Positions 26,339 to 35,469 of a stretch of 44,513 nt of DNA are shown here, piece after piece. The position numbers and the translations under genes are program-made. Positions within the stretch are counted from its first letter, which is position 1, and the number at the start of each line of letters is the position of its first letter. The DNA is from Escherichia phage Gluttony, in sequence record NC_031113.1; one strand, given 5' to 3'. Below the pieces are notes generated by a model, which ran no database searches, had not been told where the DNA came from, and saw only the letters and a program-made list of their open reading frames with translations.

Positions 26339-27043
26339 ATGAAACTTACTAAAGCAGAATATGACGCGTTGCCGGAAGGTATGAAGGCGCTTTTTGTTGC
26401 CGATGGTGACGGGTATAAGTCAACGTTCATGACCGCAGAAGAAGTACAGGCGGAAATCAAGGGTCTGAAAGACAACAACGCGAAGCTGGTGAGCGAGAAG
26501 AAAGCAGAAGCTGAACGCCGCGCCGAAGCTGAGCGCCTTGCGAAAGAGAAAGAGGAAGCCGCCGCGCGCAAAAATGGCGACCTCGAAGCGATCGACAAGT
26601 CCTGGAAGGATAAGTTTGCGAAACACGAAGCAGACACATCGGGAAAAATCGAAGCCTACCGCAAGCAGATCCACGATCTAACCATCGGCAGCGCTGCCAA
26701 AGACCTGGCATCGAAGCTATTCGGTAAGAATGCGGGCATCATGCAACGCCACGTAATGGACCGCCTGACGCTGGAAGACGGCGAAGACGGCAGCTTGAAA
26801 GTGCGTGTCTTGCAGGATGGCAAACCGTCCGCGCTGACTATGGAAGAGCTTGAAAAAGAGTTCCGTAATAACGCCGATTTTGCATCCGTCCTGGCTGGCA
26901 CGCCAGCCGGTGGCGCGCCTAGCAAACCGACGCAGGTTGTCGAAGATGTGAAGTCGAAAATCACTATGGGCCACAGCTTCGGTATCACTGACCTTACGAA
27001 ACAGGCAGGTGAAATCATCGCTAAGATGGGCGACGACGAGTAA
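26339..27043 (+). CDS. Scaffolding protein
   Basis: Coiled-coil-rich 234-aa protein directly upstream of the capsid gene; RBS AGGGGGA. Confidence 0.6.
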   Translation: MKLTKAEYDALPEGMKALFVADGDGYKSTFMTAEEVQAEIKGLKDNNAKLVSEKKAEAERRAEAERLAKEKEEAAARKNGDLEAIDKSWKDKFAKHEADTSGKIEAYRKQIHDLTIGSAAKDLASKLFGKNAGIMQRHVMDRLTLEDGEDGSLKVRVLQDGKPSALTMEELEKEFRNNADFASVLAGTPAGGAPSKPTQVVEDVKSKITMGHSFGITDLTKQAGEIIAKMGDDE

Positions 27044-27047
27044 GCAG

Positions 27048-27073
27048 ATTGCCCGCGAAAGCGGGCAATTTTG
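27048..27073 (+). terminator. Intrinsic terminator or attenuator after the scaffold gene
   Basis: TTGCCCGC-GAAA-GCGGGCAA followed by TTTT. Confidence 0.6.
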
Positions 27074-27140
27074 CGAGCGCGTAAATCTAAGGTAACATTA
27101 ACGTCACTGGGCGAATGCTCACAACTCAAAGGATTTCGAT

Positions 27141-28241
27141 ATGTCTTTAACAGTGTTCCAGCGTAAACTCGTTACCGCGGTTACGCAAATGATCCCCGAC
27201 AACCTGAACGTTTTCAACGCCGCCGCCAATGGCGCTGTTGTTCTCGGTACTGGTGAAGTGCTGAAGGATGTTGTTGAGAAAATGTCCGTAGGCTTGATCG
27301 CCAACCTTGTTACCGACCGTAACGCCTACGCCCCTGTCGGCACTCCGGCAACCGCTAAAGTGCTGGCGCGTATGCTGACCAACTCCGTTAACCTTTCCGC
27401 GAAAGTGGGTCCGGTAGCAATCACTAAGGCCATGATGGCTAAAATCGAAACCAACGTTAACAGCGTTGCGGCTGAGATTGCGGCGCAGGCTACTCAAGCG
27501 ATTTTGCTGCATTACCTAAAAGCTGGTATCGGTGCGGGTAAAGCGGCGATCGAAAGCAACGCAGCGGCAAAATACACCCAACCGGCGCGCGTTGACGGCG
27601 TTGGCGGTCGTACCTTCCCGACCCTGGCAGACTTCCCGCTGGCGGCTTCTAAGTTCGGCGATCAGGCGTCTTTGATTAAGTCCTGGTTTATGGACGGCGT
27701 TACCTGGGCAAACTTCATTGCGTACCAGGCACTCCCTTCCGCTGAACAGGTATTCGCAATTGGCGATCTCCAGGTAATGGGTGATGGCCTGGGCCGTCGC
27801 TTCATTATCTCCGATGCCGCTGCCGATGCTATGGGCGCTGGTAACATGCTGGGTCTGGTCCCTGGCGCGGTTGCAGTTACGACCAACGGCCTCGACATGC
27901 TGGCGCAGGAAAAAGGCGGCAACGAGAACATTGAGCGCTGGTGGCAGGGTGAGTTCGACTTCAACGTGGCTGTTAAAGGCTACCGTCTGAAGGCGTCCGC
28001 TCGTACCCCGATCGAAGGTGTACGCTCGTTCAAACTGGACGATATCACCACTTCCGCTAACTGGGAACTGGATCAGGGCCAGGTAGACAACGCACCGGCA
28101 ACCGTGCAGGATGTTGGCGCTGTGGGTGATGGCGATACTAAAGGCCGTCGTAAGACCCAGGCCGCACAGGCAGTGCCTACCCGCCACATCAAGGAAACCG
28201 CTGGCGTACTGGTTACGCTGACGGCGACTACCGCGTCTTAA
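27141..28241 (+). CDS. Major capsid protein
   Basis: 366 aa between the scaffold gene and a strong terminator. Confidence 0.75.
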   Translation: MSLTVFQRKLVTAVTQMIPDNLNVFNAAANGAVVLGTGEVLKDVVEKMSVGLIANLVTDRNAYAPVGTPATAKVLARMLTNSVNLSAKVGPVAITKAMMAKIETNVNSVAAEIAAQATQAILLHYLKAGIGAGKAAIESNAAAKYTQPARVDGVGGRTFPTLADFPLAASKFGDQASLIKSWFMDGVTWANFIAYQALPSAEQVFAIGDLQVMGDGLGRRFIISDAAADAMGAGNMLGLVPGAVAVTTNGLDMLAQEKGGNENIERWWQGEFDFNVAVKGYRLKASARTPIEGVRSFKLDDITTSANWELDQGQVDNAPATVQDVGAVGDGDTKGRRKTQAAQAVPTRHIKETAGVLVTLTATTAS

Positions 28242-28257
28242 CGGGCGCACATCCCAA

Positions 28258-28285
28258 ATGGGCGGGCTTATGCCCGCCTTTTTTA
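28258..28285 (+). terminator. Strong intrinsic terminator after the capsid gene
   Basis: GGCGGGC-TTAT-GCCCGCC followed by TTTTTTA. Confidence 0.8.
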
Positions 28286-28299
28286 TAGGAGTGAATCTA

Positions 28300-28800
28300 A
28301 TGTATGGCGACCCGCAAACCTTTGTCGATTATGCCGCTGCGCGAGGCGTTGAAGTCACGCTGGGCGATGCAACGCGACACCTTACCATCGTTAATGACTT
28401 TCTTAACGGCATCAACTGGATCGGCGAACAGGCGGACCAGACAGGGATAGACGCATGGCCCCGCGTCAACTACCCGTCAGACGGTAAGCCGGTGCTAAAC
28501 ACGCTTACTGAAGATTTGGCAGTAGTTCCCGCTGGGCAGATTGTAGACTTCGCATCAATCCCCGTTGCCGTTGAGCAAGCTGTTTACAGGCTGGCGTTGT
28601 TGGTGGCGGACGAGATCGATATTTCTCCGGTCGGCGATGGTAAAGAGACTATCCGCGAAACGGTCGGCCCGATCACGATGGAATACGACCCGGCGTCGAT
28701 TGGTAGCGGGGTGTCGTTTCCGTGGTGGGATGGCTTGTTAGGGCACTGGGTTGATTCTGGCGGCAACGCCGCAGGCAATTTCGATGTATTCCGGGGGTGA
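28300..28800 (+). CDS. Head-associated structural protein (putative head-tail connector or completion protein)
   Basis: Position; start at MYGDPQ. Confidence 0.4.
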   Translation: MYGDPQTFVDYAAARGVEVTLGDATRHLTIVNDFLNGINWIGEQADQTGIDAWPRVNYPSDGKPVLNTLTEDLAVVPAGQIVDFASIPVAVEQAVYRLALLVADEIDISPVGDGKETIRETVGPITMEYDPASIGSGVSFPWWDGLLGHWVDSGGNAAGNFDVFRG

Positions 28801-28904
28801 TATGAATCCTGCATTACTGGCGGCTATTATCGCCGCAAATACTAAACGCCAACCAGAACAGGAGCCAGCACCAGAACCAGAACCACCGGTACAGGAGGAT
28901 GATA

Positions 28905-29258
28905 ATGGCGGGCTTTAATTACGCAGGATTAAAGCGGAAAGTGAATCCGCTGATTAAAAAATTCGGCATGACCGTTACGGTTACGCGTCCGGGGTCGGTT
29001 GACCGCGTAGACGGCGACGAAGTGGTAATCCCGCCAACGTCGTTCGACGTCATAGGTCTTCGCGAGGAGTACAAGCCTAGCGAGATCGACGGAACGCGTA
29101 TCGTTGCCGGTGATGTGAAGTTTTTATGTCGGGCGGTTGAGCAATTGCGGGTGGGCGACCTTGTTAACCTGAACGGCACTGACTACCGGGTCGTTAACCC
29201 TAACCCACTGCAACCGGCGGGGACGACCATGCTGTTTCAACTACAGCTAAGGGGCTAA
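28905..29258 (+). CDS. Putative head-tail joining protein
   Basis: Position; start at MAGFNY with RBS CAGGAGG. Confidence 0.4.
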   Translation: MAGFNYAGLKRKVNPLIKKFGMTVTVTRPGSVDRVDGDEVVIPPTSFDVIGLREEYKPSEIDGTRIVAGDVKFLCRAVEQLRVGDLVNLNGTDYRVVNPNPLQPAGTTMLFQLQLRG

Positions 29259-29259
29259 C

Positions 29260-29853
29260 GTGGCTGAAGTCTACTCATTCGCCGCCACTATTGCTACGTG
29301 GGTGGATAAGACGAAGGAGAACAACGATAAGGCGGTGCGGGCGTACGGGATGCAAATACTCGGACGCCTTATTGAGATCTCCCCGGTGGGCGACCCTCGC
29401 CGGTGGAAAATTAACAGGGCTTACGCGCTGGCCCGCCAGCACGCGAACAAGGTGAACGCCGCGCAGCGTCGCAAGAATGGCGGCAAACTGAAGCGCGGGC
29501 AGAAAAAGCACGCTGGCGTGCTGGTGTCATTCAAGACTAAAAACGGCAACGTCACGTTCCGCCAGCGTGGCTGGGCTGCGAAGAATTACACCGGCGGACG
29601 CTTCCGGGGTAACTGGCAGGTTACGTTCGACCAACCGGCTGTAGGCGCTATCGACCGCGTGGATAAGGCCGGAACGGCAACACTAGCCGCAGGGCGTGAA
29701 GTGCTGGCGCATTATGATTCAGGTGAATACGGGTCGATCTGGTTTACTAACAATGTGCCGTATGCGCAGCGACTTGAGTATGGTTGGAGTAAACAAGCGC
29801 CCGCGGGGGTTGTTCGCGTCGTAGCGGCAGAAATTAATTCTAAGGTGAAATAA
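29260..29853 (+). CDS. Putative neck / tail-completion protein (GTG start)
   Basis: Position; tightly packed between neighbours. Confidence 0.4.
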   Translation: MAEVYSFAATIATWVDKTKENNDKAVRAYGMQILGRLIEISPVGDPRRWKINRAYALARQHANKVNAAQRRKNGGKLKRGQKKHAGVLVSFKTKNGNVTFRQRGWAAKNYTGGRFRGNWQVTFDQPAVGAIDRVDKAGTATLAAGREVLAHYDSGEYGSIWFTNNVPYAQRLEYGWSKQAPAGVVRVVAAEINSKVK

Positions 29854-30275
29854 TGAGCAATACTCTAATCCGCAAGGCGCTTAACAGCGTTGTAGAAGAA
29901 TTATCGGTAAGCCTGAGCACTAACCAGCGCCCGATAAAGGTTAACTGGGAGAACGTGAGCGGCGACCACGCAAACGGCAGCGGTGTCTACCTGGAACCGT
30001 ACCTGCTTCCGGCCCCTACCCAGTTTGTGGGCTTCCAGCAGAAGGGCCGTATCTATGCCGGTGTGTATCAGGTTGCCGTGGTGTTTCCTGCAGGCACTGG
30101 CACACAGTATGCGAGCGAACTGGCGGACGCCATCGCGACGTCTGACAAGTGGCAGGCCGTAAGGCTTACCGGCGCTGCGTTCCAGCTTCAGGACGCGCCA
30201 TACACCAGTTCGGTGATTGAGGATGTTGATCGCGCCCGCATCGTGGTTACAGTGCCCTATTCCTGTTGTGCCTGA
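29853..30275 (+). CDS. Putative tail terminator protein
   Basis: Position directly upstream of the major tail protein. Confidence 0.4.
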   Translation: MSNTLIRKALNSVVEELSVSLSTNQRPIKVNWENVSGDHANGSGVYLEPYLLPAPTQFVGFQQKGRIYAGVYQVAVVFPAGTGTQYASELADAIATSDKWQAVRLTGAAFQLQDAPYTSSVIEDVDRARIVVTVPYSCCA

Positions 30276-30335
30276 TTTGGCGCAATTCTGCGCGTGCTGT
30301 ATCATTAAACCGTATATCTAAACAGGAGCTTTATT

Positions 30336-31061
30336 ATGGGTTATCAACTCCCCAACGGGTCCAGCGTCCAGATCGGGTCCGTATTAGGCAGCGGCATCGC
30401 TGTTACGGCAGCTACCAACGCCACCGCATCAATCTCTGACCTTACGCAAGGTTGCGTAATTACCTGCGCGGCATCGCATGGCCTGGTTGTTGGCGACGTT
30501 GTTATGTTCACTAAAACCCCGTGGGTCCGAGCGCTTAACCGCGCATTCATCGTGGGTAAAGTAGCCGAGAACGACGTGACGCTGGCGCGCTTCGACTCCT
30601 CTGACGTCACAAAATACCCGACCGGCGCTTTCAGCGTAGGCACTCCGGGCGAAGTGGTGAAGGTGTCGAGCTTTATCGACTTCCCTTTCATTACTAACGT
30701 TGCCGTGTCGGGTGGCGACCAGCAGACTACTACCTTCCAGCCGTTGCAGGTGAACACCGCAATCAGTCTTAACACCACGAAAAACCCGTTGGTACAGACT
30801 TACACCTTCACCCACGACGAAGAAGACCCGATCCGCCCAATCCTGGAAGACCTGGACGACACACAGAAAACCACTGTGATCAAGTTCACTAACCCAGCGG
30901 CAGCAAGTGGCAAAGGTGAAATTCGTATTTACCCGGCTAAGGTATCTTTCCAGAAGATTCCTTCCGCTGAAGTAAACAACGTGGAAACGGTACAGTCTAC
31001 TCTGACCATGCAGTCTGATATGGTTATCTACCGTAAGGATCTGGTCGAGGCATTGTCTTAA
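30336..31061 (+). CDS. Major tail (tube) protein
   Basis: 241 aa immediately upstream of the chaperone pair; followed by a terminator. Confidence 0.65.
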   Translation: MGYQLPNGSSVQIGSVLGSGIAVTAATNATASISDLTQGCVITCAASHGLVVGDVVMFTKTPWVRALNRAFIVGKVAENDVTLARFDSSDVTKYPTGAFSVGTPGEVVKVSSFIDFPFITNVAVSGGDQQTTTFQPLQVNTAISLNTTKNPLVQTYTFTHDEEDPIRPILEDLDDTQKTTVIKFTNPAAASGKGEIRIYPAKVSFQKIPSAEVNNVETVQSTLTMQSDMVIYRKDLVEALS

Positions 31062-31091
31062 TTTGGTCGCTTAAATAGCGAGTGTTAATAT

Positions 31092-31116
31092 GGGGCCAGC
31101 ACGGCCCCTTTTTTAT
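31092..31116 (+). terminator. Intrinsic terminator or attenuator after the major tail gene
   Basis: GGGGCC-AGCAC-GGCCCC followed by TTTTTTA. Confidence 0.65.
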
Positions 31117-31493
31117 TGGAGAATACTACAATGGCTAAAGCACCACTCTTCACTCTTGACCCTAAGCCGACCTTTAAGCTGCCGATTGAGATCCCGCGCC
31201 CTGGTGAGAACGAACCCGGCAAGATGACGTTTACCGTCCGTCACCGCCCGATCGACGAATTTTCGCAGACCATGCAGGACACCGAACGCAAGCTGTCGGA
31301 ATATGACGACAATGACCCGGACGGCTTTAACGTTATGGTCGAGGCCATCATGCACGTCGCAGAAGGCTGGAATCTGCCAGACGAATTTAACGCGGAGAAC
31401 GTCCGCCGCCTGGTGGTCAACTATCCTCGCGCGTTCGGTGTGTTCCATACGTCGTACTATCTCGAACTGATGGGCTTGCGTGAAAAAAACTAA
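31116..31493 (+). CDS. Tail assembly chaperone (lambda gpG-like)
   Basis: 125 aa, acidic, position before the tape measure; ends just after a slippery heptamer. Confidence 0.75.
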   Translation: MENTTMAKAPLFTLDPKPTFKLPIEIPRPGENEPGKMTFTVRHRPIDEFSQTMQDTERKLSEYDDNDPDGFNVMVEAIMHVAEGWNLPDEFNAENVRRLVVNYPRAFGVFHTSYYLELMGLREKN

Positions 31494-31810
31494 TTGAGGC
31501 GGCGCGACGCTTTTATGGCCCGCCGCCACCCTCCGAAGATTTAGCCGCAAGTTTATGGGGTGCGTCCCCCGAAGATGTTTGTCCGCCTGTTGCGTTATGG
31601 CCTGACAACGCGAAGATAGTCGCAGTATTCACGGATTGTGCCACGCAATGGCGCACCGGATTTGGTGGCGCATACGGCATCGATTACGGCGTGCTGGAGT
31701 GGTTATTTAAGATGCACGGTATCGAAAACGAGCAGCGCGCGTTTAAAGATATCAAGCTAATGGAACGAATCGCGCTTGATGAAATGGCGCAGCAGAACCA
31801 CGCACAGTGA
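31116..31810 (+). CDS. Tail assembly chaperone frameshift product (gpGT-like) via programmed -1 frameshift at 31484..31490
   Basis: Slippery A_AAA_AAC in the 0 frame; the -1 frame is open for 106 codons from 31490 to the TGA at 31808..31810. Confidence 0.7.
31484..31490 (+). other. Programmed -1 ribosomal frameshift slippery heptamer A_AAA_AAC
   Basis: Codons gaA AAA AAC TAA; fits the X_XXY_YYZ pattern. Confidence 0.7.
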
Positions 31811-32124
31811 AGCGGGACAAAGCGGGATGTCCCGTTTTGTCCCGCCTCTGTAAAACTGCATATCTAATCACTCCCATTGCATAAACCAAAAGAGGGACAG
31901 GCGGGACGTCCCGTTTTGTCCCACCCCATAAATGTGCATATCTATTCGCATTTCGTGCATAAAACAAACGGGACAAAAAGCGGGACAGACCAGGGGCGGG
32001 ACAAAGCGGGACAGCACCCCGTCCCCGCCAGTGCTGCCGCTGGTTTCAGCCGATCGGGACAGCGGGACAGCACCCCAGTCTTTCAGACTAGACGGGGGTC
32101 TGGCACCCCCCTCGTCTGAGACTG
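31811..32124. repeat. GGGACA iteron-like array B with palindromic units and the same 3' hairpin module as array A
   Basis: About 14 GGGACA copies including palindromes GGGACAAAGCGGGA-TG-TCCCGTTTTGTCCC; 32055..32124 near-identical to 15833..15902. Confidence 0.65.
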
Positions 32125-32192
32125 CATAGGGTTTGTTTGAAATTCGCTGATACAATGTCAATCGGCAACTGAATAAAAAAGGGGACTGCATA

Positions 32193-34835
32193 ATGGCAGA
32201 TCAGGCAGCAGGCATCACGCTAAAGGCGGATGTTGCACAAATCAGAACGGCGAATACTGTGCTTGATTCATTCGCACAGAAATCCGAGAACACAGAAAAC
32301 AAGGTTAAGAAATTAAACGACACCCTCGGCAAATCCAAAAAGGTGACGAGTGACGCCGCGGGCGGAATGGAGAAGCTGGCGACTGAATCGCAGCGCGCTG
32401 CCGATGGCATGACGAAACAGGAGCGACTTGCCAACAGGTTAGGCATGTCGACCAAAAACCTGGGCTTTGCCTCGCGTAACGCCGCATTCCAGTTACAGGA
32501 TATCGCAGTTACGCTTGAGATGGGGATGCCGGTACACCGCGTTATGCTTCAGCAGTTACCGCAGTTAACTGGGGCGTTCGGGGGATTGGGTAACACGCTG
32601 CGTTATGTGGCGGGATTCCTCGGCCCAGTAGGGATCGGCATTGCCGCACTAACGGCAACGTTAGGCGTCGGCGTGGCAGTTACGACCCGAGCAGAAAACC
32701 AGGTCGCAGCGCTTAACAAGACGCTGGCGCTGTCGGGTAACATTTCCGGCCTCACCGCTAACCAGATCCTTGTGCTGTCTGAGAACGCTGAGCGCATGGG
32801 CTGGTCATTCCGCAAGACGCGAGACACCATTCAGGCACTGGCGGCGGCGGGCGTTAAAGCGGGTGCGGACTTCGGCGCGCTGGCGAAAGTGGTGAATGAC
32901 TTTGCGAAGGCGTCTAATCAGCCGATCTCTGACGTGGTTGAATCCATCTCAAAATTGTCGAACGACCCGGTCGGTGGACTGCGCGCACTGGCGGACCAGT
33001 ATCACGTCGTTACCGAGGCGCAGATCCAGCAGGTGCAATCACTAGTGACGGCTGGTCGAGAAACCGAAGCGGTGGCGCTGGCGAACAAAACCGCCGCTGC
33101 GTCGTTCTCCAGCATGACCAATGAGATCAAGTCCAACATGGGTACGCTCGAGCGGTCTATGAACGTCGTCACATCTGCAGCCAAATCCATGTGGGACGCC
33201 ATCCTGGATGTAGGACGCGCGCAGTCATCGAATGAGTCCGAGATGAAAGCGCGTGAATCCTTGCAGCGCATGACCACGGCTTACTATGCCGAGATGAAAG
33301 CGGTAAACGCTGCCGGTGGGGTGATGACCGAGGCGCAGAAAGCGCGTATTAACATGCTTTACAGCGAACTGGTCGCCCAGGAAAAGGTGGTGGCGTCGCT
33401 CACCCTGCGCAACCGCGCCGAGCGAGACAACGCCAGCGCCGCTGACGAAGCAGCAAAGGCGAACGAGGAGGCAAACCGCACCGCCCGCGACCGCGCCGCG
33501 TTTGAGAAGGAGTACGCAACCAACGCGAAGCGGCGAGCCGACGAGATCGCCCGCCTCAATTTGCTGAATAAGCGCGGTGTTATTAACGAGAAAGAACTAG
33601 CCGAGGCGGTGAAGCAGGTCAACGAGCGCTACAAAGACCCAGCACCGAAAAAGGCGGCGGCAATTCGAGTCGATGCCGGGCTGAAAATGCTGGAAGTCGC
33701 GCGAAGCGAATTAGCCCAGCTTCGTGAGTCTGGAAAGCAGATCGAAGCCAACGCATCGACGCAGACCCGCACGCAACGCGCGCAAGCGGCCCTTAACAAG
33801 CTGATCGCGGACCATGAACAGTTAATCGCGGCGAGCAAAGAAAGGGCGCTGACGGCAGCAGAAAAGCAGCAAATGGCGGAGTTCGAGTCGGTTAAATCGG
33901 TACGCGAGCAGATCGTCGAAGAAGCCAAATTGCTGGACGCGAAAGAGAAGCAGATCAAGGCACACGCCCAGGTCGAAGCATTCATCAAGAACCAGAACGC
34001 CGAGCTAAAAGCCACCGCGGCGGGCTATGCGCTTTCTACTCGCGAAGCGGCTAACCTGCGCGAAGAGTTGCAGCTAATTGACCGCCTTCAGCGTGCCGGT
34101 GCTAACGATACTGATATTGACAAGGCGGTGTATAAGCTGCGTGAGGTTCAGGAAGCACAGACCGGTGCTAACGCCTCATTATGGGATGGATTCAGTCGCG
34201 GGCTTCGCGATAGTGTGGATGAAATGGGTAACGGATACACGCAGATGTCGTCACTCACAAAATTCACGTTCGGTGCTATGCAGGACACGATGAACGAGTT
34301 TTTCGAGACTGGCAAGCTGAACGCAAAAGATATGGTTAAGTCCATTCTGAGCGAATTAATAAAGCTGGCTACCTCGCAGGCGTTCAAGTCCATCGTTAGC
34401 GCTTTCGGTGGCGACGGCGGCAAAAACGGATTGTTCGGCGCTATCTTCTCGGGCCTCACTAAGAATGCGGACGGCGGAGCGTACACCGGAGGCAATCTCG
34501 CGGCCTATTCGGGGCAAGTGGTGAGCCAGCCTACCTTTTTCAGTTATGGCGTCCAGGCGTTCGCTAAGGGCGCTGGGTTGATGGGTGAGGCTGGACCCGA
34601 GGCCATCATGCCACTGAAGCGCGGGCCGGACGGGAAACTGGGCGTTGCCGCGTCTGGCGCAGGCGGTGGTATGGTCGTGACGACTAACGTTTACACGGGG
34701 ACCGGTAAGACGGATACCAGTGTTGGCGGGCCGGACCCACGTACCGCGCAGGCGTTCGGCAAGCAAATCACCGAGGCGGTGAAGGCCGAGATCGTGAAGG
34801 CGATGAAACCGGGTGGTGTACTTTACAAACGATGA
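32193..34835 (+). CDS. Tape measure protein
   Basis: 880 aa, Ala-rich with coiled-coil regions, downstream of the chaperone pair. Confidence 0.85.
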   Translation: MADQAAGITLKADVAQIRTANTVLDSFAQKSENTENKVKKLNDTLGKSKKVTSDAAGGMEKLATESQRAADGMTKQERLANRLGMSTKNLGFASRNAAFQLQDIAVTLEMGMPVHRVMLQQLPQLTGAFGGLGNTLRYVAGFLGPVGIGIAALTATLGVGVAVTTRAENQVAALNKTLALSGNISGLTANQILVLSENAERMGWSFRKTRDTIQALAAAGVKAGADFGALAKVVNDFAKASNQPISDVVESISKLSNDPVGGLRALADQYHVVTEAQIQQVQSLVTAGRETEAVALANKTAAASFSSMTNEIKSNMGTLERSMNVVTSAAKSMWDAILDVGRAQSSNESEMKARESLQRMTTAYYAEMKAVNAAGGVMTEAQKARINMLYSELVAQEKVVASLTLRNRAERDNASAADEAAKANEEANRTARDRAAFEKEYATNAKRRADEIARLNLLNKRGVINEKELAEAVKQVNERYKDPAPKKAAAIRVDAGLKMLEVARSELAQLRESGKQIEANASTQTRTQRAQAALNKLIADHEQLIAASKERALTAAEKQQMAEFESVKSVREQIVEEAKLLDAKEKQIKAHAQVEAFIKNQNAELKATAAGYALSTREAANLREELQLIDRLQRAGANDTDIDKAVYKLREVQEAQTGANASLWDGFSRGLRDSVDEMGNGYTQMSSLTKFTFGAMQDTMNEFFETGKLNAKDMVKSILSELIKLATSQAFKSIVSAFGGDGGKNGLFGAIFSGLTKNADGGAYTGGNLAAYSGQVVSQPTFFSYGVQAFAKGAGLMGEAGPEAIMPLKRGPDGKLGVAASGAGGGMVVTTNVYTGTGKTDTSVGGPDPRTAQAFGKQITEAVKAEIVKAMKPGGVLYKR

Positions 34836-34869
34836 TAAAATGGCCCTCACTACAACGTGGGGGCTTTTT

Positions 34870-35469
34870 ATGTCACAAGGTACAATCACACTAACGAAAG
34901 GAAGTAAGACCGTCACGGGCGCGGGAACGGCGTTCCTTAGCGAGATCGGGAAGGTACTCGTATTCGCCCGCATCGACGGCAACGACTACACCGGCAAAAT
35001 TGCGGCATTCAACTCGAACACGGTCATTACTCTGAAAGATAACTGGGCTGGGCCAACGAAATCCGGTGCGGCATATGAGCTAATCGAAGCACACGACCCG
35101 CGATCAAACGAATGGCCATATTACTGGCACATGCAATTGCAGGGCGGTGGCGACGTGCAGTTAGCTTTCCGGTCGGAGGAATTGCAATTCGGTAATGGCT
35201 ACGGACAGAACATCGCGGACGGCCCGAACGCCGAAACGAAACAGTTCCCCGTGCAATTCGTCGGGCTGACTACGGACAAATGGTGCAATCCTAAACTGGT
35301 TTACAACTTCCTTCGCGGTCACTTCGTAAAACCGTTTGTCGTCACCGCGCCGGATGGCGAAACAGGTTTATTCGTGGTCGAGCGTTCGAGCTTGTCGTAC
35401 ACGGACAACGGGCACTACACGGCAACGGTATCCGCCACCCTTAAGACTGCTATTGGATTCGTAAGATGA
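34870..35469 (+). CDS. Minor tail protein with lambda gpM-like C-terminal domain and a fibre-like N-terminal extension
   Basis: QFGNGYGQ resembles lambda M RFGDGYSQ as recalled; N-terminal ~70 aa resemble the tail fibre N-terminus. Confidence 0.65.
   Translation: MSQGTITLTKGSKTVTGAGTAFLSEIGKVLVFARIDGNDYTGKIAAFNSNTVITLKDNWAGPTKSGAAYELIEAHDPRSNEWPYYWHMQLQGGGDVQLAFRSEELQFGNGYGQNIADGPNAETKQFPVQFVGLTTDKWCNPKLVYNFLRGHFVKPFVVTAPDGETGLFVVERSSLSYTDNGHYTATVSATLKTAIGFVR

Noticed and set aside
28802-28918. 38-codon ORF between two head-completion genes
   Set aside because: Pro/Glu-rich, overlaps the next gene and RBS; more likely intergenic.
31877-32119. Plus-strand ORF of 80 aa over iteron array B
   Set aside because: Same reasoning as 15644..15898: an artefact of the repeat rather than a gene.
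34813-34869. Upstream Met start (34813) for the gpM-like gene
   Set aside because: Would overlap the tape-measure 3' end without an RBS; the Met at 34870 follows a GGGGG purine run and begins the conserved fibre-like N-terminal motif.
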